From Eledone cirrhosa (Eukaryota), in contig OZ024740.1 in the NCBI GenBank assembly GCA_964016885.1, positions 346,146,001 through 346,210,000 on the forward strand: a stretch of 64,000 nucleotides of DNA. The letters are read 5' to 3'. A program made the translations under genes and the position numbers. Numbering within the stretch: the stretch's first letter is position 1; the number at the start of each line of letters is the position of its first letter. This document shows positions 55,831 to 64,000 of this stretch, one piece after another. Under the pieces are notes generated by a model. That model searched no databases. It saw only the letters and a list, made by a program, of their open reading frames with translations, and was not told the DNA's origin.

Positions 55831-56769
55831 AACAAAGTCAATCTGTAAACGCAGAACTGGAAATTTCAAAAAAAATTTGCATCCGGAGGAAGACAGGAAG
55901 ACGATACTTTGGTTCGTGGAGACGTTCCCTGGCAAAGAACGGGAAAAAACGAATATAATACGCCATTAATAGGAGCGGTGAAAAACAATTAACCGCAAAG
56001 ACAGAACCACGTTTATGGTATAAAAGAGGTCGTAGACTAATGTTCTCTTAGATGGTGCATAGAGACGTTCTCTGACAATGGACGAAAAAAACGAAGATAA
56101 TACGTCATATGTGGAGCGTGGAGAACAATAGCACGCAAAGACAAAACCACGTAAATGGTATAGCAGAAGTCGTAGACTAAAATTCTAACTAGGAGACCGA
56201 ATGAATCTCCGCTACAGAGTTAAGAACAAAGTAAATAAATACAATACAGAAGTAATAGAAATAAATAAATACATACACGCAAACAAATACGTACATACAC
56301 AAGCATACGCAAAAACTTACCATAGGTAAACAAAACCACGCACATATAAATATGTGTGTGTGTGTGTATGCGTGTATACAAATAAATAAATAATTAGATA
56401 AACGTATACAAATAAATAAATACGTATATAACAAGCGCACACGCATACCTACATGTAAATACACGAATGTTCGGAGACGTAAGTCAACCAAAACATGAAG
56501 TACACATATACACACGCCCTACATACGTACGAACATGCATACTCACACAGACGCAAAACTACCGTATACACATAGCCGAACCATATGTACCAGAATATAT
56601 TAAAAAATGTATGCGCCATAACAATCAAATATACGTACGAGAAGGTATACGTACCTTCACAAAACATACGGGTAATATATACATACCTATGCAAATAAGT
56701 AAAGGTATAAACAAAACATATACTTAGCTCCCACGTCAAGACGGAAAATATCCACGTATAGATCGTACT

Positions 56770-58896
56770 ATCCGTTAGGGTATAACGTGGGGCTGTAATA
56801 CAGGAAAGTTTTGTGCAATTTATGTTTACAAGCCGAAATTGCCTCAGATTTTTGTTTAAGATGTGGTCTGTGGCGTAGAGTATTTCCAGGGCCTCAGCGG
56901 CGCAGAGGTCACATGGTCTTTTATTTCCGTTATACGATCTAGCCCTAGCTAGGATCTCCCAGTTTAACTTATATTGGGTGTGGTTCTCTTTTAGACTCCA
57001 GATATAAGCTGAAAGTGACGTCATATTCCTTCTTAGAGGGTAACGAAAAGAATGGGTGTTCATGTAAAGACGCTGCTTGAATCTATTGGCGGTTAACCCT
57101 ATGTAGGCCCTACGGGACGTGGGTGTTACAACCTTACATTTGTAGACAATGTTACTAGCGAGGCATTTCCCGGATAGGGGGCAATCAACCCGATTCCTAC
57201 AATTACAGTTAGTACTAACTACAAGGGTGCACGTGTTCCGACGGCTAGGTAGTTTAGCTAAATTTGAAGCTGTGATGCTATGTGCAAGGTTAGGAGTCGT
57301 AGAGAAAGACATTTTTATAGTATTTCTATTAAAAATGTTACTATATTTATGTGTAGGGGGAAAATGCTCCGTTATAAGGGAAATAAAGATCTTAGCTAAT
57401 GGTGTGGCCACCTCCATAATATATGGTGGGTTATACCAACAAATACGACGGGATCTATTTCTTCTATGTCTATTTTCGTACACTGTATATGCTACCTTAT
57501 CGACAAATCCACTTCGAGCAAGAGCTTCATTGTAATAAGTGGAATGGTCGTTGAAAATGCTCTCGTTGGTGGAAAGACGGGAAAGCCTCAACGAAACGTT
57601 TCATATCAGGTTCTTGGTTACGCTGGGAGGATGGTTGGAATTCTTACTTATGTAATTAAGCGTATCATTCGGCTTTCTATACGGGTAATACAACCCATTC
57701 AATATGATGAGGGTAACGTCGAGGTAATTAACGAACGAGAGATGGGCCTCAACCTGTATAGAAAGGTTGAAGCCTTTAAAGAAGGCTATGAGTTCTTTTC
57801 TGAACCTGTCGCAAGCACGAGGTCCGCACTTAGTCATGGTCAAAAGACCATCGTCACGGTACAAACCACCGCCCGCGTTGGGGCATTCGTCCTTGATAGA
57901 GAAAATAATGAAAAGGCCGATAAGATCAGTAACCTCCGCAGAATCACTGGCGCCCATACTCACGGCGAATGGGGTACTATTGGATTTTTTAATCCAAATA
58001 GAGTCGTCGAAATTAATCACCGACTTTCGGCCATTGAGGATGAGATCAACTTCGAAATCCTTAACCACTGTGAGTGTTTTAGCGAAATTGATAGCTCTAA
58101 GGAGATGTGGTAAAGTGATGGAGGAGTAGTAATTGTTGATGTCGAATGGGATAAAACGGCAATGTTCCTTGTTGCATATGCCGTTGAACCAATCAATCAC
58201 CGCGTAGGAATTGTTCCACAGTGCAAGAGGGCCCAAACTTCTAATTTCAGGTATAATTCTATCAAGAATCGTTTTACTAAGTCTACCTAAATCGGTCTTC
58301 GTAGGGTTAATAAGCCGAATAAAGGGGTTGTTCGGAAAATTGGATTTGTGATCCTTCAGGGTAAAGTGGGGAGAAATAGGGTCCAGAGGTCCGGTCCGGT
58401 CCAGGATGTTGAGATCAGATGTGATTTTAAACCCAGCATCGTTGATTTCATTGATGACGCACCGATTAGTTTTACGGTAATCCTTAGTTACAGCATTATG
58501 TAGTAGTTGATGGTAGGTACTGCGCTCCACTTGATATAGGTTGCCAGTTTTGTCGGAATGGACGTGCACGGCATGAGAATCCTTAATAGAACGAATTCTA
58601 TTCTTCAGGTCTTGCTGGAAGGAATTGCTCATATTCCGAAATTTGATATTCCGAATGAGTTTCAAGACATCATTTTCGAAGGGTAGCAATGCTGGATTAC
58701 ACGGGGGCTTATTAAAGGTTTTAAATCCAAATTTATCCTGTTTGTTGTCTGCTTTTCGCGGATTATCGAAGTAAAAGGCCCGCCAACGCAACCTTTTAAT
58801 GAACGCGTCTCTTTTCTGTATTAGGAGTTTTAGGTATGTTTTCCTGCTTGGTACGGGTATCTTCTTTGTAGAAATATTCAGATGTTGTTTCTGCAT
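56770..58896 (-). pseudogene. PLE polyprotein (RT + C-terminal GIY-YIG) with two frameshifts
   Basis: ORF 57601-58896: SDKTGNLY, LKDHK, FDINNYYSSI, MGASDSAEVTDLIG, GLYRDDGL, NYLDV, SNHPP. ORF from 57591: WYNPPY, CNCR..CPLSGKC, IVY..YIGLT..FKQR, CDLC. Confidence 0.93.
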
Positions 58897-59086
58897 GATG
58901 AATATAAGTCAGTAGAGTGCTCAACCGAGGGAGCCAAATAGTAATAATAATAAATTTGAACAACTAAAATCCAAAGAGGGCTCGATAAGGATAAATATAT
59001 ATCAAATATATAAGAACCGTAGAGCAAATATTAAAATTTCTTACTCTACGACTCCTAACCTTGCACATAACATCACAGCTTCAAAT

Positions 59087-59581
59087 TTGGCTAAACTACC
59101 TAGCCGTAGGAACACGTGCAACCCTGTAGTTAGTACTAACTGTAATTGTAGGAATCTGGTTGATTGCCCCCTATCCGGGAAATGCCTCTCTAGTAACATT
59201 GTCTACAAATGTAAGGTTGTAACACCTACGTCCCGTAGGGCCTACATAGGGTTAACCGCCAATAGATTCAAGCAGCGTCTTTACATGCATACCGATTCTT
59301 TTCGTTACCCTCTAAGAAGGAATATGACGTCACTTTCAGCTTATATCTGGAGTCTAAAAGACAACCACACCCAATATAAGTTACACTGGGAGATCCTAGC
59401 TAGGGCTATATCGTATAACGGAAATAAAAGACCATGTGACCTCTGCGCCACTGAGGCCATGGAAATACTCTACGCCACAGACCACATCTTAAACAAAAAA
59501 TCTGAGGCAATTTCGGCTTGTAAACATAAATTACACAAAACTTTCCTGTATTACAGCCCCACGTTATACCCTAACGGATAG
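59087..59581 (+). CDS. GIY-YIG endonuclease part of the inverted truncated PLE copy (open to the natural stop; not an independent gene)
   Basis: CNCR..CPLSGKC..NIVYKC..YIGLTANRFKQR..CDLC..E..LNKKSE..SACKH. Confidence 0.8.
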   Translation: MAKLPSRRNTCNPVVSTNCNCRNLVDCPLSGKCLSSNIVYKCKVVTPTSRRAYIGLTANRFKQRLYMHTDSFRYPLRRNMTSLSAYIWSLKDNHTQYKLHWEILARAISYNGNKRPCDLCATEAMEILYATDHILNKKSEAISACKHKLHKTFLYYSPTLYPNG

Positions 59582-60519
59582 TACGATCTATACGCGGATA
59601 TTTTACGTCTTGACGTGGGAGCTAAGTATCTGTTTTGTTTATATCTTTACTTATTTGCATAGGTAAGTATATATTACCCGTATGTTTTGTGAAGTTACGT
59701 ATACCTTCTCGTACGTATATTTGATTGTTATGGCGCATACATTGTTTAATATATTCTGGTACATATGGTTCGGCTATGTGTATACGGTAGTTTTGCGTCT
59801 GTGTGAGTATGCATGTTCGTACGTATGTAGGGCGTGTGTATATGTGTACTTCATGTTTTGGTTGACTTACGTCTCCGAACATTCGTGTATTTACATGTAG
59901 GTATGCGTGTGCGCTTGTTATATACGTATTTATTTATTTATATACGTTTATCTAATTATTTATTTATTTGTATACACGCATACACACACACACACACATA
60001 TTTATATGTGCGTGGTTTTGTTTACCTATGGTAAGTTTTTGCGTATGCTTGTGTATGTACGTATTTGTTTGCGTGTATGTATTTATTTATTTCTATTACT
60101 TCTGTATTGTATTTATTTACTTTGTTCTTAACTCTGTAGCGGAGATTCATTCGGTCTCCTAGTGAGAATTTTAGTCTACGACTTCTGCTATACCATTTAC
60201 GTGGTTTTGTCTTTGCGTGCTATTGTTCCCCACGCTCCACATATGACGTATTATCTTCGTTTTTTTCGTCCATTGCCAGAGAACGTCTCTATGCACCACC
60301 TAAGAGAACATTAGTCTACGACCTCTTTTATACCATAAACGTGGTTCTGTCTTTGCGGGTAATTGTTTTTCACCGCTCCTATTAATGGCGTATTATATTC
60401 GTTTTTTCCCGTTCTTTGCCAGCGAACATTTCCACGAACCAAATTATCTTCTTCCTGTCTTCCTCCGGTTGCAACGTTTTTTGAAATTTCCAGTTCTGCG
60501 TTTACAGATTGACTTTGTT

Positions 60520-60570
60520 AGTTTCAGAAGATCCCGTTAAGGGTGAAAGCAGCGATTCTTTGCTTAAACT
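60520..60570 (+). ncRNA. Hammerhead-like motif, U4A (family C)
   Basis: AGTTT-CAGAAGA-tCCC gttaa GGGt-GAAA-GCAG..TTGC-TT-AAACT. Confidence 0.65.
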
Positions 60571-60699
60571 TTAATCTGTTATTTTAATAAATATTAGCTC
60601 TACGGTTCTTATATATTTGATATATATTTATCCTTATCGAGCCCTCTTTGGATGTTAGTCGTCAAATTTTTTTATTATTACTATATATATATATATATT

Positions 60700-60823
60700 T
60701 CGTTTCTGAATTTGTTTAGCAAGATTCTTTATCTGAAATCGTGTGTTGAAACCGATATTGTTATACTTTGGGAGGGTCATGTTGCGTGTGTTTCTTATTG
60801 GCAACATGACCCTTCCAAAGTAT

Positions 60824-60830
<7 letters not shown>
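60700..60830 (-). mobile_element. Short hairpin + left tail insertion in (TA)n
   Basis: tattgttatactttgggagggtcatgttgc pairs with gcaacatgacccttccaaagtataacaata. Confidence 0.6.
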
Positions 60831-60871
<41 letters not shown>

Positions 60872-60874
<3 letters not shown>

Positions 60875-61079
60875 TAGTAGCACAACAGTTAGTTCACCAT
60901 ACCGAGAACAATTGTTTCACCTTATGCGGATCTTCAGCTCGGACTGAAGATCCTCATAAGGTGAAACATTGTTCTCTGTATGGTGAACTAACTGTTGTGC
61001 TACTACTTCTACCAAACTCGTCCCACTTCGGATATTACCTTCCAGTGTTCTACCTTTATATAAAATAAATAATATTTTC

Positions 61080-61080
<1 letters not shown>
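60872..61080 (+). mobile_element. PLE-type hairpin+tail insertion (family G)
   Basis: Arms 60872-60937 and 60944-61008; tail to 61080; inside (TA)n. Confidence 0.78.
60902..60942 (-). ncRNA. Minimal type I hammerhead ribozyme
   Basis: Minus strand: CCGAG-CTGAAGA-tCC gcataa GGt-GAAA-C AATT G-TT-CTCGG. Confidence 0.78.
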
Positions 61081-61115
<35 letters not shown>

Positions 61116-62206
61116 TAAAATATTATTTCTTTTTGATAGCTTATCTAAATATCTCTACTTATATAAGAAACGCCGGGCTTGATTTCTTGCATGCATATCT
61201 GTTCAAATATTCCGTATCATAGGAGTTATTCTACTATTGTTTCAATATTCATCTACAATGTGACGAATTTTCAAAATGCAAACATATTTTCAATAAAATA
61301 TGCTAAATAGTCGTTAAAGATTAATGTCTGCTTACATATACATACATACGTTTTTTCATGGTGGTTGCTTGATCGTGTCTGAACATGACCTGAACCGTTA
61401 CTGCAAATCTCTCTCATCACAGAAAATACTGTTTTATAAAGCAACAAATGGCAATGCCCATGCTCCAACTACTAGGATATATCAGCATATGTAACCGAAG
61501 ATCTGTGACTGTTCCCAGCTATACTACAACTCTCTAGATGATTACATTACGGAAGTTTCAGTATTTCCTTGCAAATATTGCCGTGAGACCACAATTGTTA
61601 ATGAGATAGATGAAAAGATTGCAAAAGAGACATCCGTACGTCATGGATTATAGAGACAAAGGTTTGTACAAGACGAGTGCCACTCTCTACGTTCCGGTGG
61701 TTATTCTGATAAAACGCCAACGCAAGCTGACCTCTAAAACCAGCTTGAGGTCCTTCATTCGGAGTGAACATACTGCATACACTCGCTCCAACCAATGTTT
61801 TTTTTTAGATTCCGCTCATAGATGTGTAGTCATAATTATAATCAAAGAGTACCGTGTAAAGTATGAAGGCAAGGCTTCTGTTTTGGAGTATGGTAATATA
61901 TATATATATATATATACGGAAAAAAAACAAAGAGCGCTTACATCATCAATTAATCATTATTTTCTGACAGTGTTTCGTCCTTGCATAATTGCAGGACTCA
62001 TCAGAGCGTTATAAAGAGGAATTATATCAATAGTATAAACTCTACCGACCTATATCACAAGAACGATCCATATGTAGCACAGAGGACTAAGAAGAGTTGG
62101 GTGCTTGGACGACGCGTCATCGCTATATATGTATATATATATGTAAAAGAAAGCAAAGAACGCCTACATACTCATCTACGTAAATAAATCATATATATAT
62201 ATATAT

Positions 62207-62460
62207 TATTAGAAATGTTAGCTATCGCCTTATTTTGACTAAAGAAATTAAAGAAATTTTTCAGCCTGATAGTGGGGTTAAGAACCCTCGGAGAAATGGA
62301 AAAAGATGAGTATTAACGTACATCTTTTTCCATTTCTACGAGGGTTATTAACCCCACTATCAGGCTAAATAATTTATTTAATTTCTTTAGTCAAAATACG
62401 TCGATAGCTAACATTTCTAATAACTTCAAATCCACTCGCTGTTTCGAAAATATTCTTACA

Positions 62461-62462
<2 letters not shown>
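62207..62462 (+). mobile_element. Hairpin+tail insertion in (TA)n
   Basis: Arms ~62207-62308 and 62321-62423 with several mismatches; ~40 nt tail; no canonical hammerhead seen. Confidence 0.65.
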
Positions 62463-62506
<44 letters not shown>

Positions 62507-62509
<3 letters not shown>

Positions 62510-62685
62510 GTATAAAAATCAATACAATATAATTACCTCATTACCAGAGGTTTCCCGAATGAGGCGAATACGAAATAAAGGTAATTATATTGTATTGATT
62601 TTTATACATTAAATTTTGCTCTGATACTTACATAGAGCACTCTTCATTTCTATGACCTTTTCTGTTTCCAACGGAAATTTCAATA

Positions 62686-62688
<3 letters not shown>
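62507..62688 (+). mobile_element. Hairpin+tail insertion in (TA)n
   Basis: aatgtataaaaatcaatacaatataattacct pairs with aggtaattatattgtattgatttttatacatt; ~78 nt tail. Confidence 0.65.
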
Positions 62689-62761
<73 letters not shown>

Positions 62762-63196
62762 TATATTGAATGTAACATGACATTCTTATTTTCATATTAC
62801 CAAAACTTTATATATATATTACCAAATATCATTCCTCCAGGTTCAAAACACGTGCCCTAAAAGTTATCGTCACAATCATTCTGCAAACTATTTTAACACT
62901 CTAATCCCCATACTACATTCAAGTCAATTTTCATTGGAAAAAATCAGTAACACAACATACATAATGAACGAAACCTTTAATATTAAATACTCACAGTTCC
63001 CTTACATTAGAAAATAAAAAGGCAACCAAAAAGATACGCTTAACCGCACCCCCACTCCTTCAATAAAGAAACAGCTGGAATACCACAAAAGACAATTTAA
63101 ATTTATTAAACACTATGTAATTACACCTAACTTTCATATTTATCAAGTAATGCAGTTGTGCATTACTTTGTAATGGTGTCGATTTGTGGGTATATT

Positions 63197-63276
<80 letters not shown>

Positions 63277-64000
63277 GAATTATACATGCGCATGTTGAAT
63301 TGTGTATGTGTGTATGTCTGATTGTGTGTGTTTGTGTACATGTACTTGTATCTTGATTAGGTTTAAGCGGTCATTGTACCATATACTGCTGAAACTCTGA
63401 GTAAATTGATTGATTCCTAATTAGAAATCGCCCAAGGTTTGCATTAAGAATTCAGAAGAAATTTCGATATAGAATTCTGTAATTTAATAATGACCACAGA
63501 TTATTGCAATAAATATTTATGATCTCACTATCTATTTATGAAGTTTAAACCTATTTTAGATAGAGGCATTGCTTTGTTTCTTGTGTTGTGTTAATGGTGT
63601 TAGACCACAGATTTGCTACTGGCTTTACTTAGAAAGAGAAATCTTATATCAGATAGAATGAAAGTTCTCCGGAAAAGAGCAAATGAAACTATCAAAACCC
63701 TCTGGTGGGATTTAAATGAAAATATGTCATGTTGCTTAGATACACCCTTCTGGCAATCATTCAAATTATCTTGCTAGTTAAATCTTTATATACGTGTTTT
63801 AGATATTTTATCACGCACGGACACAGATACACGTACACACACACTCTCGCTCTCTCTCACACACACTCATATATATATATATATATTATAATAATGATTT
63901 CTTTATTGGCCACAAGGGCTGGCATCAAGAAAAACATTACAGACGGCACAGGACGGTACAGGACAGTACGATCTGGGTTTTGTGCGTTTAAATATTTTTA

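Larger units (their letters stand above)
55769..60681 (-). mobile_element. Near-complete Penelope-like element (family C, possibly Nematis-like) with an inverted 5'-truncated copy and tail
   Basis: Minus-strand copy ~59035 to 55769; plus-strand copy 59044-60681 mirrors 55769-57305; tail 60585-60681 matches the reverse complement of 58940-59035. Confidence 0.95.

Noticed and set aside
57149-58129. Plus-strand ORFs of 120-215 aa
   Set aside because: Antisense shadows of the PLE RT.
61681-61766. CACTC-CGAATGA...GGAA...GAGTG on the minus strand (similar CGAATGA at ~62556)
   Set aside because: Lacks the essential G5 and the GAAA box; too degenerate to call a hammerhead.

Overview
AT-rich, microsatellite-dense eukaryotic DNA with no convincing host gene. 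The SINE and repeat content suggests an octopus or other coleoid cephalopod (inference). Nearly all short ORFs in the track are (TA)n/(CA)n/(GA)n artefacts. Penelope-like retroelements (PLEs) dominate the window: a near-complete RT+GIY-YIG copy in an inverted 'full copy + truncated copy + tail' arrangement (55769-60681), two decayed copies (5807-8512, 30931-34280), an endonuclease fragment, and about 14 'hairpin + one-sided tail' insertions from several unrelated families, almost all inside (TA)n arrays. About a dozen distinct hammerhead-ribozyme-like motifs lie in these ends, including U3-A8, U4C, U4A and A13C core variants. Also present: many tRNA-derived SINEs (one five-copy head-to-tail array), RTE, L1/Tx1 and CRE-like LINE fragments, Helitron derivatives, a Chapaev/Transib-like transposase fragment and small MITEs. 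Coordinates were read by eye and may be off by a few bases.
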